A stretch of DNA of 62,447 bases, counting the filler, from Globobulimina sp. (lineage: Eukaryota): assembly GCA_003354225.1 (NCBI GenBank). It is 15 parts of 15 records of this genome, joined end to end, with 100 filler letters (N's around TTAATTAATTAA, not from the genome) between each part and the next. Parts side by side here need not be neighbours in the genome. Positions count along the whole stretch, not along the records: positions 37,556 to 41,622 come from PIVH01001656.1; positions 41,723 to 45,789 come from PIVH01001657.1; positions 45,890 to 49,954 come from PIVH01001658.1; positions 50,055 to 54,119 come from PIVH01001659.1; 11 more parts are not named here. The stretch is one strand, 5' to 3'. Below are positions 37,556-50,867 of this stretch, piece by piece; the stretch's first letter is position 1, and each line of letters opens with the position of its first letter. The notes under the pieces are model-generated. The model ran no database searches and had not been told where the DNA came from. It saw nothing but the letters and a program-made list of their open reading frames with translations. Position numbers and translations under genes: made by a program.

Positions 37556-40500
37556 CACGCAATTTATTTATATTATAATTTTTATCTGTTTTTAAGATAT
37601 TTAACACAGTGCTACGCAATTTAATGAATTGGACATCTTCAAACGCATTCCAATTAGTATCAACTGATTTAATATCATTCAATTTTTTAGAAATCAAAGC
37701 CATGGATTTTTCTTTTAAAGAAACAGATTGTGGAACTTTGACAAGATGATTTTTATTCGCATATCCATGGAGAAACTCACTGGTATTGGCATTTCCATAT
37801 AAACGAGGATTTGTATTCAAGCGATTATTTAGTTGAGTTTGAAGTGTCTCATCGGATGTTTCTCTTAACCACCGTTTAGTAAATGCTTCAAAGTTAATCA
37901 AAGGAAGATGTGATTTATTGGCATAATCATTCCAATTGCAATGGAAAAGGAAATATATTGACAACCATTCACCCAATAAATGTTGCTTATTTTGCCATAT
38001 TGGTTGGGATATTTTATATTGTAATTTATTACATAACTCAACAAAAATAAAACGTGGCAAAGAAGGCCATTCAATATCTAAACTGATATCAGTAACATCA
38101 TCAACGGCAACATTTATGGAAAACATCTGAAACATATAAAAATCTGGAATCTCATGAAAAAAAACATAACTTGCAAGAAAATGACTAGCAAAATAACCTA
38201 AATGTGTAACACAATGGCACAGAAGATTCAAAATATGATCGCTAAAATAACATTCAAATTCTGAATGATCATATTCATATTTTGTATCGACTGCTTTAGC
38301 TAGACTCCGAATAAATAATTTCAATTCTGTCCGGACTTGTAGCTGATGTGTTTTCCACATTGAATCCCAATGTAGACGTTTATATTCAGCAAGACTCAGT
38401 AAATAAGTTCCATCCCTTATTGTCAATGCACCTCGCTCACAACTTAAGTGTGTTTTACTTACAATTTTCAACAACATGGCACGATCTGGATGTTGTGGGA
38501 TTTCTTTCCATCGTTTAGTAACATGCCAACCACATTCTCGCAAAGTAATTATAATCTCAGTATCATCAGAAAACTGTAAAGTGTGTCTTAATTTTTCAAT
38601 TTTTGGGTGAAGACGCAATGGTAAATTTTTATGAGTAGTTGTATTATCAATGCATATAGAAAACACAAATTTTTTAATATTTTTTGTCATTCCGAAAGTA
38701 AGTACTTTTTTGTACACTGCAATTAATGTTTCAATCATATATTGACCATTTTCAACCGGAACAAATTTGGGTTTGTTAATTGTTTTACCTTTTTGATTGA
38801 CCATTGTCAAAAAAACACCTGACACATTTACATTATCTTTCAGGAGAGCAGTTGCTTGGGCAAAAGTACCATCAACATTTACTAAAAATAAAAGGAGATC
38901 TTTTTCAATATCAATTCCTTCAATTAACGCAGCATCCATTGATTGTTTAATCTGTTCGCTCCAATATGTGGCATAACACCGTAAAACAAATGTTTTTAGG
39001 GACGAACGTTGGGGGATCAATGATTTAAAAGCGACACGCATATCATTGTCAGATATTGAGTCAAAAAAATTAAACAATCGTTTTTGCAAAGCGTCAGTTT
39101 TGACATTGGTTGACAATGCATCAATTAGTAAACAACGATATAATTTAGAGGCAGAGTGTAACATATCAGAAATACTGGTTCTTTTAAGATATGATTCCAT
39201 TAAATAATTCTCAATCCCTTTGGAAAATATATAATTGCCGCTAATAACACTGTTATATTTACAGCAACAATTCTCACGTTTAGAACTGATTGTTTCTGTA
39301 TATGTTTTATTGGAGCAACTATATCGTTGAGTTTCTGTTTGTAACAAAGCAGTTATGCTAAAACCAGAAACTTTGTCATCTTTTGACTCTGAAAAACCAT
39401 TTTTAAAGATTTGAGCATCACACTCATCATGGCAACAACTTGGATTTGTGGAGGTTAATGGGATTCTATCGCCTATTAAACTTAATATGACGTTTTTAAT
39501 GGAACTTAACGTATTATTCGATCCGGAAATTGCTTTCGTTAATTTACATTCTTGGACGGAATTGCTTTTTAGTAATTGTAAATGTTTGCTTGGGGATAAA
39601 TTATTTTTATTATTAATATTTAATACATAATACCAGGGTGCTACACAAGGCATACAATATAAACCAATCAGAAATCCATGAGTTTTAAAATAATGCCTGG
39701 CACCACTTGCTGGAGGATACAAATTTGTCGGTTTGGTATGATAAACCTTGCACTGATTTTGTTTACCATCAACAACATAATTACCCACAAGTTTACTGAG
39801 AATTTGATTGGTAAAATGTGAAGCTGTAAATTTCTTGACAGTTTTTGCAGTCTCTTCACCAAAACATGACCGAGCAAAGTCTGCATCTTTATTAGCTAAA
39901 TACATCAAAACTCTTAGATGTTGCTGTCCAATTCGTTGAAAATCTGCAGCAACACATTTATCAGCTTTTGTAAGGAAGACGGATTTTGATGGGGTTTTAT
40001 TTCGGAATATATAATAATATGCCCACCAACATAAAATATCAAATACTTTGGGTTTAATTACTTTGATTTTGGAATTATTTATATCTTTGGATGTCACCCA
40101 AATACGCTGCAAAATATCCAATAATAACTTCTGATAATTGCCTAGATAGAAACATATATTATTATGTATAATTAACAGTGTCTAATAACGCATTTTAACG
40201 AACCTGATTCGGAGCAAATCTTCTTATAATATGGACATTTATCACCTAAAGCTTTGTCAAATTGTTGTTGGGTTTGATTTATTTCTTGATTATTAAAAGC
40301 AATGGCTGCCGTTGAACCAGTATTATTTAAAACAATCGATGGTAATTCTATATAGACTGTGTGAAAAGAAAATATTTTATAAACAATAAAATTAAATACC
40401 TATAGAAATAACCAAATCATAAAGAATATTATACCATGGATATAATTTTAATTTTGGGCATATATTGCACATTGAATCAGTTTCGAGATATTTATAATGT

Positions 40501-40814
40501 GTGGCAATACCAATTACAGTATCAATTAAACCAACGCCTGTAACATATGAGCCTAATGTCAATTCAATATCAATCTCTTTGGATATATTTTCATGGATAA
40601 ACGTCGTCAGCTCTTTGGTAATCGAATATTTTCCATTGCCAATAAATAAATGAATATAGGATCCGATATTGATTGCAATTGATTTTTTACATTTTAAATT
40701 ATCTTTGGGTATAACCAAACAAAAATTAACTCTCGCAGTGAATTGTAAAATTAATATTTGACGTATGGCGTTGGCGAATGATTGTAGATTGCCATTAATA
40801 CCAAATGAATGTCT
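37556..40814 (-). mobile_element. Mutator(MULE)-like DDE transposase gene with spliceosomal introns, 3'-partial
   Basis: VNVDGTF (D1), ICIDN (D2), ECGWH (CxxH) and NANTSEFLH (E) occur in MULE order, with upstream Cys clusters. Frame-preserving introns at 40142-40203 and 40348-40399. Confidence 0.65.
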
Positions 40815-41747
40815 CTATATATATTGTATTTGTTATCTCAATCTTTTTTTTTGGTTTATTTTAATTTGTGTTTCTATTTTATGTTTGCACACCACTCAAT
40901 ATTTTAATTTCACACAACACACAAACTGAATATGTAAAAAAATTGCGAGTATGAAAAACGTTTGTTTTCAAACTGAACTTGAAACATATTAATAATGAAA
41001 TCCACCAAATCAGTTATAAGCTTACTTTGTTTCACCAAAATTGAGCTTTGTCTCACAAACTCAGACCACTTTGTTTGAGTACTCAATTTTCAACATTAAA
41101 TGGCACAAAACAATCCTCGCAGCCAAGTCTAAATGGTCCAACTTTGGAGCAGTTGTAATTCCTCTGCTTTTGATTAATTCTAAAGGCGTTATTTTGGTTT
41201 TCGACGTATTGGAAATGACATCAATGTCATCATCGCTATCAACGCTATCATCACTGCTATAATCAGTCTCTGATTCAGTTTGTTCTGAATCATATTCACA
41301 CACTTCTTTTGTTGATTTATTTTGTTTTGTGCGTGTTGTATTATTTTCATTATTTCGCATCTAAATATATTAGTGAGTGCCAGGATAAGTACTAACGTTT
41401 CCAGAAACAGTCAGTAAGTCACTGACCGGTCACCCCGTTTTTTAAAAAATTGACAAAGAGCATAACTAATCGCGTGTTAGGGTAATTAGAAGAATATGGT
41501 GGCTGTGAAAACATTATATATTAATATGTAATATAATTCACACCAGGCACAAAACATACAATGTATTTGGTAGTATGATATTCTTCCCGTTCTTCCATAT
41601 CTTTCTCGTTTGTTTTTGCAGGNNNNNNNNNNNNNNNNNNNNNNNNNNNNNNNNNNNNNNNNNNNNTTAATTAATTAANNNNNNNNNNNNNNNNNNNNNN
41701 NNNNNNNNNNNNNNNNNNNNNNATTCACAGAGCGATTTTGAAAGCAA

Positions 41748-41758
41748 TATCCTTGCAC
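41748..41758 (+). promoter_or_regulatory. Recurrent motif TATCCTTGCAC (copy 4)
   Basis: Non-coding, 25 nt from the contig start, beyond the 3' end of the UBC gene. Confidence 0.6.
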
Positions 41759-41970
41759 TCAGAGATAATTAAAAGTAGCATGAAATCGCTAACTGATATT
41801 TATTCATTTTATTGAACACAACTTGTTTTTTTGAGCGCAACAAAAAGCAAAATAAATAAATAGCATTGATCAAAAAAAAAATAAGTTTTATCCTCGCACA
41901 ATAAGAGGTTAGAATAGTTAGAATTTATTTTTATTTGAAAAAAAAAAAGGCAAATTAAAGCAATGTTAAT

Positions 41971-42420
<450 letters not shown>

Positions 42421-42483
42421 CTATTTTGTTTATATATTTGTTGTTGCGTTTGGTTTTTAGTTTTTGTTCTGTTTGTTTCGGTG

Positions 42484-42494
42484 TATCCTTGCAC
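42484..42494 (+). promoter_or_regulatory. Recurrent motif TATCCTTGCAC (copy 5)
   Basis: About 70 nt upstream of the UBC start codon, antisense to the flanking genes. Confidence 0.6.
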
Positions 42495-42699
42495 GGGATT
42501 CAATAATTATTATTGCAAAATATTTCTATTTTTTTCGAACTGTAGTTTGAAAATTCTTGTTCTTTTGTGTTTGGAAGAGGCATGGAATGAAATACAGGCA
42601 CCTGTTTGTTGGGTAGCAGGCAAGTCGTGAAAGCGAGGACGATGGAGATGGAGCTTCAAGTGCGAATAGGAGTTTTGCTGAGGATTTTTGTTTAAGATT

Positions 42700-43020
42700 T
42701 TAATTTAAGGCACTAACGAGTTGGCTGTATAATTGTTCGAATTTGAAAACAGTTATTGCTGATATTTGTTTTTCTTCATTTATCACGTTGTATGGTAATG
42801 ATGCGTTGATTTCTTTGGTTAATTGTTTATAGTGGTTTATTAGCTTAGATTCTTGATTGGTGTTTTCTGTATGAATATACCTTGGGTTTTCACGTTTTGC
42901 TTTGCGGGTTTTATTGGATTTGCTGTTTTTACGTTTTTCATCTTGGATGAATGTTTGCAATTTGTCTTTGAGAGACTGCTCTTGCACGCATAACATTTTA
43001 TATTTTGAAGACAAGTCCAT
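42700..43020 (-). CDS. Hypothetical small basic protein
   Basis: 106-aa ATG ORF; no motif recognised. Confidence 0.4.
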   Translation of the reverse strand: MDLSSKYKMLCVQEQSLKDKLQTFIQDEKRKNSKSNKTRKAKRENPRYIHTENTNQESKLINHYKQLTKEINASLPYNVINEEKQISAITVFKFEQLYSQLVSALN

Positions 43021-43148
43021 CGATTTGAATGTAGCTATTACTGAATCTCAATTATGAGCTGTTTGCATAATCGGAAATAATTTTAAATTAACACATAACA
43101 TTTATATAAACAAAAAATAGATCATTTCAATCACTCAGTCTCTGAGCA

Positions 43149-43886
43149 TCAAATTACATTAAATCCATTTGAAGCAAAGCATTGGTTTTGTGTGGACCAA
43201 TATGTGTACTCACAATTTGTAGGTAATGTGTTTGCCGATGATATCAATGTCGATTCGCATTGTTCGTAATTCAAACAATCAATTTTCCATTTAATGCATA
43301 TGTCCCATTCAATATTACCATGATTAAAATTGTTTGCAAAATATATCCCAGAATGGTTATTTTTATCATTACAACAAATTGTCCAATATTTTATTCCTAT
43401 GGCTCTAATTTGATTTTTATCACAAAATATTATATTCGCATTGCTATTAACTCCGTTTTCATTGTAATGATATAAAAACGATTCCTGTTCAAACATAACG
43501 CAGTTATATAATACCAATGCGTCCAATAATTCTGTTTTTGTATCGTTCCATAATTTGGGTGTTATAAATGTTTCAATTATGGAGATATTTTCATTAATCA
43601 TTTTGCCGGGAACATAATGTGATAAATACGATCCGTGCGTTGTGTTCCAATCAATAATTGTGCAGCCACCGTAATTGGAAGAAAATAATATTTGTAACAG
43701 TAATTTGCGTTTATGTTTATCTTGTTCACTGATGGGAATATCAAATATTGTCGAAGGGATCCAGTATCTTAACGAATATCCCAAATTTATGATGTTTGAT
43801 TCCAAAATCTCTGACATGCATAATGTGCACATGGTTAATAACGTGCATAGTAATATCAACCTTTGCTGATATAGCAGCTTATTCAT
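43149..43886 (-). CDS. Hypothetical secreted Cys-containing protein
   Basis: 245-aa ORF with a signal-peptide-like N-terminus. Confidence 0.55.
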   Translation of the reverse strand: MNKLLYQQRLILLCTLLTMCTLCMSEILESNIINLGYSLRYWIPSTIFDIPISEQDKHKRKLLLQILFSSNYGGCTIIDWNTTHGSYLSHYVPGKMINENISIIETFITPKLWNDTKTELLDALVLYNCVMFEQESFLYHYNENGVNSNANIIFCDKNQIRAIGIKYWTICCNDKNNHSGIYFANNFNHGNIEWDICIKWKIDCLNYEQCESTLISSANTLPTNCEYTYWSTQNQCFASNGFNVI

Positions 43887-44131
43887 GTAAAGGTTGGCGA
43901 CGAATATATTTAAATAGAGCGGTAGTGAGAAATTATGAAAAAGCTGACATTAAAACAGATGCATGCTCTCAAGATAATGTATGGAAAGTCACTAAGATTC
44001 CAAAACAAGAAAGAAACTGCAATAAATACATTAATTGGACAGCATATGCACATATTTCATTGTCCAGTTACCGTTAGATTTATAAATATAATATAAAATA
44101 TATATATATGATTTACTTTTAATCCGCAATG

Positions 44132-45789
44132 TCACTGAGATTGAATAAACATTGCTTGAATATCAATGGATTCAGTTTCTTTATCAATTCTTCCAATTAA
44201 TTCTGTTTGTTGTTGCAAGTACTGTAACACTTTGAGCTTTTCAAAACTATTTTGCTTCCCTGAATGTTCAGCCTCTTCTATCAATATTGCAAAATATTGA
44301 CTTATGCTCAAAGTGCTGGAATTCAATGCTATTTCCTTGATATCATTGATCTCATTTTTAATGACACAAATTAATTCAATCAACCCTCGTTCCATTTGTT
44401 TTAACTTTGATGCTTCGACGGCCAACATTTTATCAGTATCTTCCACATTTACCTTTTTTTCCACTCTTCTCAAAGCATAGCGATATTTCTCTTTGCTCGC
44501 AAAATGGCCCTCATAACACTGCGGAGCAAATCCAAAAGCTGACTGAAACCAACCTTGTCTCACTGTGCTCTCACATTTGTTGCACACATAAAATTCCTCC
44601 AATACGCCCTGTTGATTCCGCACTCGCTCCTTTTTTTTCACTGCGTGGCTAATGGCAATGGTTCGGTTTCCATCACCATATTGAGCTCGGAGCTCCTTTA
44701 TCCTTTTCGCAACCACATAACAAACAGTTAACATTTCATCCAATTGCTCGCTAAATTCATTTATTATATCTCTTAATTGAGCCTTTTGCTTTAATTGTTT
44801 TGCAGAGAGACATAAACTCTGTGGCTGTGGAACGGTAATCTCTTTGAAAAATTGCTCAAACACTTCCATTGCCTGACTGAATTGCGCCTGTTTGGAATAA
44901 TCAATTTCTTTTTCATCAAACTGAAATCCGCGATTATTGAATGCAAAATATTTTTTTCTGTGTTTGATGTTTGCTGTTTCATTGACAGCAGAGAGGGCAA
45001 TGGGAGGCCGGCTGCCATCATCAAAGGTAAACAGTAATATTATATTATCCGCCACATTTTTAGCAAATTTATCAATGACTTGGCTGAAAACATAAGATTC
45101 TTCTTCTGCTAATCTGGTAATTCCTGCTCGCATCACCAGGCAAATTGCATTGATTTCCTTGACTTTGGTTTCAAACAATTCCTGTAATTGTTTGCCAATT
45201 TCCTCATCAAACTGTCTTCCGCGGTCATCGCAATTGGCAAAGCCCGGCGTATCGACAATGGTTACATTATAATGAATGTCTGGATGGATTGGTTGGATGT
45301 GATAAACGGAGATCTCCTCTGTCTGACTTTGCGTTGTTTTCTTTTTTTTTATATCTGGATTTTCAACAATTAATCGATATCTATCACCTTCAAACTCTGT
45401 ATCAAACAAATAATTCATCATATTATTGATTGTGGTGCTTTTTCCTTCGCCCGTCTTGCCAACGAGTAAAAGCGTAACATTTTCTTTAATTTCTTCATTA
45501 TCGACAGTAAAATCTACATTTCGTAGCATTCTCTTTCGATTTTTCAATGAAATCCGTGGTAAATTTTTTAAAAATCGTATTCTATCCAATGACGAAATTC
45601 CTATTTTGTTACATAAAAGTTTCTTTGCACTCGGCGATAACTCTGCGATTTTACTCAAACATTCATACTCATTTTCAATCAATTTGCAATATATATTGCT
45701 TAAATTATTTTGAGTGCACCAGGTTTTCAATTTAATTGTTCCGATATTAATTGGTGCGGATAGTGCTGAATAATAATTTGTGTCATACA
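44132..45789 (-). CDS. SAM domain + AIG1/septin-like P-loop GTPase with coiled-coil tail, 5'-partial
   Basis: SAM-like W..QNNLS..L.ENEY..L..I.EL..IGI..DR.RF; G1 GKTGEGKS, G3 DTPG, INAICLV, IILLFTF. Confidence 0.75.
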
Positions 45790-45934
45790 NNNNNNNNNNN
45801 NNNNNNNNNNNNNNNNNNNNNNNNNNNNNNNNNTTAATTAATTAANNNNNNNNNNNNNNNNNNNNNNNNNNNNNNNNNNNNNNNNNNNNATGCCTATGGT
45901 GGAGGTGCTTATGACTAATTTTTACTTTTGTCCT

Positions 45935-45945
45935 TATCCTTGCAC
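45935..45945 (+). promoter_or_regulatory. Recurrent motif TATCCTTGCAC (copy 6)
   Basis: 16 nt after a probable + strand stop (..GGTGCTTATGACTAA ending at 45918). Confidence 0.6.
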
Positions 45946-46050
45946 ATTAAGTATACACTATATTTAGTAAGTTATTACTAATCGGCGGCGGATCAATAAT
46001 ATGAAACAACAACAACACAAACATACACAACAAAAAACGTACAGTTTAAA

Positions 46051-47155
46051 TTAATTAATTGATATTTTGGATGTAACTATAATTTTATTGGTATGCGTAA
46101 TGACTTTGACAGACAACGATGTATTACCAACAGCATCAGATCCTTCTTGACGAAGCGTTTGATTTATAAAGGATCCATTTTGTAATATTTTTTTAAATTT
46201 ACTTTCTTTTTTAACACCGATCGGTCTCTCAATTTGTAATATTATGGATTGTATATCTTTTCGGTTATTACCTTGATCATGAACAAAGGCGCTGTAATCA
46301 TATTTACTGAGGAAAGGTCCCCACGCTCTTCGATCTATCGAATACGTAATATTCCAATTTCTTCCTCCTTTCACTGTGTTACTAACTGTTTTTTTCTTTT
46401 GTTCAAATATTGGCGGTGGGGCGCTTTCAGTATCTTCAATTTCATTCTTTGCTTCTCGTTGTTTAAAATCAATGTCATGATCATCCTCACTGTACAATAT
46501 AATATATAATATTATTAATATACATATATAAACACATTATACATAGTACATACTCCCAATCAATCTCTTTTGGAACGGTAAAAATATATTTATTCCAGAT
46601 CATAATATGTCGAATAACATCAGATAAATGAACAGCGTTTTTGCGTTGATATAAAGCGTTCGTAATAAAACCAAAATACTCAATTTGCGTAGACGAATAT
46701 CCAAAAACATTTAAACTTTCATAGTCTGCATCATCTGATTCGAATTTATTATTATTACCATTCTCGTTTAATACATCGATACAAAATACAGTTGGAATAA
46801 AAAATTGCTTTGCAAAACTAAATAATTCATATATCTTTAACCAAGAAATAGTTTCATTATCAGAGGTTATTAAATATTTATTATTTCCTTTACCAATAAT
46901 ATTTATTATCAAATAATCGTAAGGTTCGCTATTGATATTAAAACGAGTTTCTTTTATGAAATCTAATAATGAATTTAAAGACAAATAGGCTGTTTTTTGC
47001 GCATTTAATACTAATTTATAATCCATATTTTTGGGACCCCATATGGATGAATGTGTATCTATCAATAAATTAACCTTATCATTAAATTGTTTGCTGTTTT
47101 TATCGCCTTTATAGTTCCCCAAAGATAATACAACGGCAAGTCCTGTTTCTGTCAT
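46051..47155 (-). CDS. Degenerate caspase-fold (C14 p20-like) protein, intron 46490-46553
   Basis: LAVVLSLGNY, YDYLIINIIGKG (His position = Lys), LITSD, PTVFCIDVLN (Cys position = Leu). The intron joins two ORFs in frame. Confidence 0.5.
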
Positions 47156-47231
47156 ACTGACTACCTATGCTTAATTAATATAAACTGTGAGTACCACAAA
47201 AAAACACTAAAACCTAAAGAAAATTAATGCT

Positions 47232-49100
47232 ATGTTCACCCAACTGTCTTCTGGTAAATCTACTGATCACCAACGACGATATAAACACATGTTTAAAAAA
47301 ATACACGACCTTAAACACCAATATGTATATAAAGCAAAGCTACGTCGCTTTGTGCAATGTTTGTGTGCCATATTTATTATCATTCTCATATTTTTACTGT
47401 ATCAACACATCATTTCAATTCAATATTTGTCGTCAATCTTTGATACCAACAAACATGTGAATAAAACAACGAATTATAATGTAAGCAGCAACCATAATAA
47501 TGCGAATCATCCATCTTTGCAGAATGAACTGGGAATGAATCTTTCCAAACTGTTAGAACAAAATGGAATTAATATTGTACAATTCATTAAACATTACGGC
47601 GAGAACAATCTAAGCCACCCGATAGAAAATAAAAAATCAAACAAATCATCATCCGGATTGATTAACATATGGAATAAAAATATTTCAGACACTCCACCGA
47701 TAAAAATCTCAAAATCTGTATTAAATGACATTGAAATCTCAAATGTTGTGTGGGATTTCGGCGCTTGTGGCTGTACGGGATGGGGAGTGGGTATGTCATG
47801 CATTATATCCTTGCACAGCATATTGTAAATAATATATAACAACATAGAGACTGTCAACATAATTAAGCCTTTATACGACAGAGTTTGTTCAAATATAAAA
47901 CTAATCACAGATTATGATTGTTGGTGTCCAGGTTTTTTAGATTCGACGGTAGATTTAATGAACAGTTTGCAATCTACCTCAGATTATTTAGACTGGGATG
48001 GAAATGAAAATGGAATTGAAATATTTATATCGCACAAACCAGCCTCACGGTATCCAACATTCCCATATTACGGTCTCATAAACATTGCGAAACGGCCGCA
48101 AATAGTGATTGGTCGCTCTATGATCGAAGTTGATTACATTCCAAAAGACGATCTGGATCGAATGAAGTCATCCCAATGGATCGATGAGTTGTGGGTTCCA
48201 TCACGTTTTGTGAAAATAATCTATGTTCAAAATGGCATCCATCCAAATAAAATAAGGGTGATTCCGCCCGCCATAAATATCGATATATATCCGCCCAAAC
48301 AAAAGATAAAGGCATATAAACATTTACCATCGTTAAACAGGAAAAAAAAGTTAATTAAAATAACGAAAAAAACCTTTCGGTTTCTATCGGTTTTTAAGTG
48401 GGAGCCGCGCAAAGGATATGATGTTTTATTGACTGCCTTTTTGAGGGAATTCCAGCGCAAAGATGATGTCCAATTATATTTGCAAACATATGCCTATGCC
48501 GAGAATAGTGGCAGGAGCCGAGAGGTGAGTTACTTGCAAGCGAAGTTGAATGAAACCATCTTGCAAATAATAGAGGTAAATGACGATATGGAATATGAAT
48601 ATGTTATGAAATATATGTATCCTAAAATTGAGATTATGAGCAAACGGCGCAGTATGAAGCAGTTAGCATCGTTGTATGCCACAGTAAATTGTGTGGTGTT
48701 GGCCTCGCATGGCGAAGGCTTTGGGTTACCAATATTGGAAGCAATGGCAGTGGCTACTCCGGTGATGGTAACAAAATGGAGTGGATTGCGAGATCTTGTG
48801 ATAAATGAGACCTATGGATATTTGATTGACATTGATGGTCGTGAGATGGCACGGAATACGCCGGGAAGATACGATTTTATTGAGGATAAACAAAAATGGG
48901 CAAAAATTAATGTGACCAGTTTGATGGGGAATATGCGAAATGTGTATAAATATAGGAAAAAAGCAAAAAGGATTGGCAGAAATGGACAGAAGTTTGTTTA
49001 TAAACACTTCCATCCAAATATTATAGCGGACAAAATTAAAACTCGAATGAAAGAACTTGTGTATTTAAAAAAAAATAATCAGTCATTTCTCTCTGTATAA
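47232..49100 (+). CDS. Type II membrane GT4 (GT-B) glycosyltransferase, intron 47791-47847
   Basis: TM; DELWVPS, FLSVFKWEPRKGYDVLL, SHGEGFGLPILEAMA. Splicing gives GWGV-E-TVNII in frame. Confidence 0.9.
47806..47816 (+). promoter_or_regulatory. Recurrent motif TATCCTTGCAC (copy 7)
   Basis: Inside the 57-nt GT4 intron, sense strand. Confidence 0.6.
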
Positions 49101-49179
49101 AGCCATTAAACTGACTCTGAATTGAATAACATCAACAAGAGTTTTGAAGAATAATTCAAAGTTTTCTTGTCCTCTGCAT

Positions 49180-49845
49180 ATGATGGAACAATACAAACCT
49201 CTTTTTTTACGAATTTTCTTGGTCTGCTTAATTTGGGCACTAATTATTCAAATAATTAGGTTCATCGGATATTATTTATTGACAATAACAATCCGGAAAT
49301 TGATTTATTTGTTATCTATTTTAAATTATATAGTTTATGGTTATTTTAATCATCAAAAATTTCCATATTTTATATGTAATACATTTTCAAATATCAAAGG
49401 CAAAGGTGATTTGTTAAAAATGAATATATCAATTATTGTAATATGGTTCGTAATATTTGCTTTTCAGTCCTATTTTATTTATATTGATACATCAAATGAA
49501 ATATTATCAATATTATATGTATTTGCCACATATCAACAAATAATAATTGCAATATTTGACAAATATGTCGGAAGAAAGAAATATCCAATTTTAAGAGATT
49601 TACATTATTCATCAAGTTTAATATTACTAGTCATAAATGCACAAATTTGGGGATATTCAAAATTTATATTCAAAAGTCATGCCATCATAATCAATATTAT
49701 TATTTCAAATATGATGATGTTATTATATCTTTTAACATTTTTCTATGAAACAAAATATGGTTCAATGTTATCATACGGATCAAAGTTTGTATCAAAAACA
49801 TTTGAATTGTTTTTAGTATTTGGTTCAATGTATTTATTATTGTGA
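49180..49845 (+). CDS. Hypothetical multi-pass membrane protein
   Basis: About 220 aa with 6-7 hydrophobic segments. Confidence 0.55.
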   Translation: MMEQYKPLFLRIFLVCLIWALIIQIIRFIGYYLLTITIRKLIYLLSILNYIVYGYFNHQKFPYFICNTFSNIKGKGDLLKMNISIIVIWFVIFAFQSYFIYIDTSNEILSILYVFATYQQIIIAIFDKYVGRKKYPILRDLHYSSSLILLVINAQIWGYSKFIFKSHAIIINIIISNMMMLLYLLTFFYETKYGSMLSYGSKFVSKTFELFLVFGSMYLLL

Positions 49846-50054
49846 ACTTTTTTTCTCGGCATTGAAATTTGCGTGCCAATCCTGAAAACATTTCAGAAAC
49901 ACAAAAACAGATTCGTTTTGCAAGTCTAACTCGTGAAGCTGTACTACTTCCTATNNNNNNNNNNNNNNNNNNNNNNNNNNNNNNNNNNNNNNNNNNNNTT
50001 AATTAATTAANNNNNNNNNNNNNNNNNNNNNNNNNNNNNNNNNNNNNNNNNNNN

Positions 50055-50752
50055 AATAAATTAGTGACCTGCGTAAATTGCCATCACCGAAGCGAAAACT
50101 GCATCAGCAAGACAAAATCACTAATGCGTCTGATACAGTCACCGATTCGCTTGATGCATCGATCTGCTCTAGCACTGTTGCCCACATCAGATCGCATCAG
50201 ATTTCGCGTTTTTTCCTTGTACACCACAGTCTGACAGTTGTCTATGATACAGTACAGAGACGCAATAAAATTGAGTTAATGTCCCGGTGGGAACAGATAC
50301 AACGCGGATATATCAGACCAGAAACATGTACATTGCATGAACGAAATACATATTATGATCATGAAGCAAATATGCATGGTCGACATGGAGAATATCGCTT
50401 TGTTGACACCATTATTGACGTTAATGATATCTTACAAACACACGATTCATTGGATGAGATTGTGCATAATCATAATCATAATAATCATAATCATAATAAT
50501 AGTAATAGTAAGCCAGTGAGGTGTATAACATTGGGCAAATCGACGGGATCATTGCATTCATTGTTGGATAATCCAAAGGATATTTTTACTGATCGCGAAA
50601 AGACAAAGGGGCAAATAATTAAAATTAAAATGAGAAATGATTTAAAATGGAAAAAGAGACAAATGAGGTTGCATATTAAAAAAAAGAGACGCGAAAATTT
50701 GAGATTTAAAAAGAAAACCATGCAACAACGAAACCAACGCAATGATTCATGA
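50055..50752 (+). CDS. 3' part of a hypothetical protein
   Basis: Open frame from near the contig start; HN repeat and basic tail. Confidence 0.4.
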
Positions 50753-50867
50753 TCGAAATCCACAGTATATATTACTAGTAATTATTATTATAAATTGTTT
50801 AATTTGTATTTTATACCTTGAAGTGTTTTTTTCTCAGTACGTATATTGCAATAATTGCAATAATTGC

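Noticed and set aside
47805-47816. ATATCCTT as a U12 (AT-AC) 5' splice site
   Set aside because: The GT4 and TENT5-like frames are restored by ordinary GT-AG introns that contain the motif internally. Most copies are outside genes, and three lack the required RT start.
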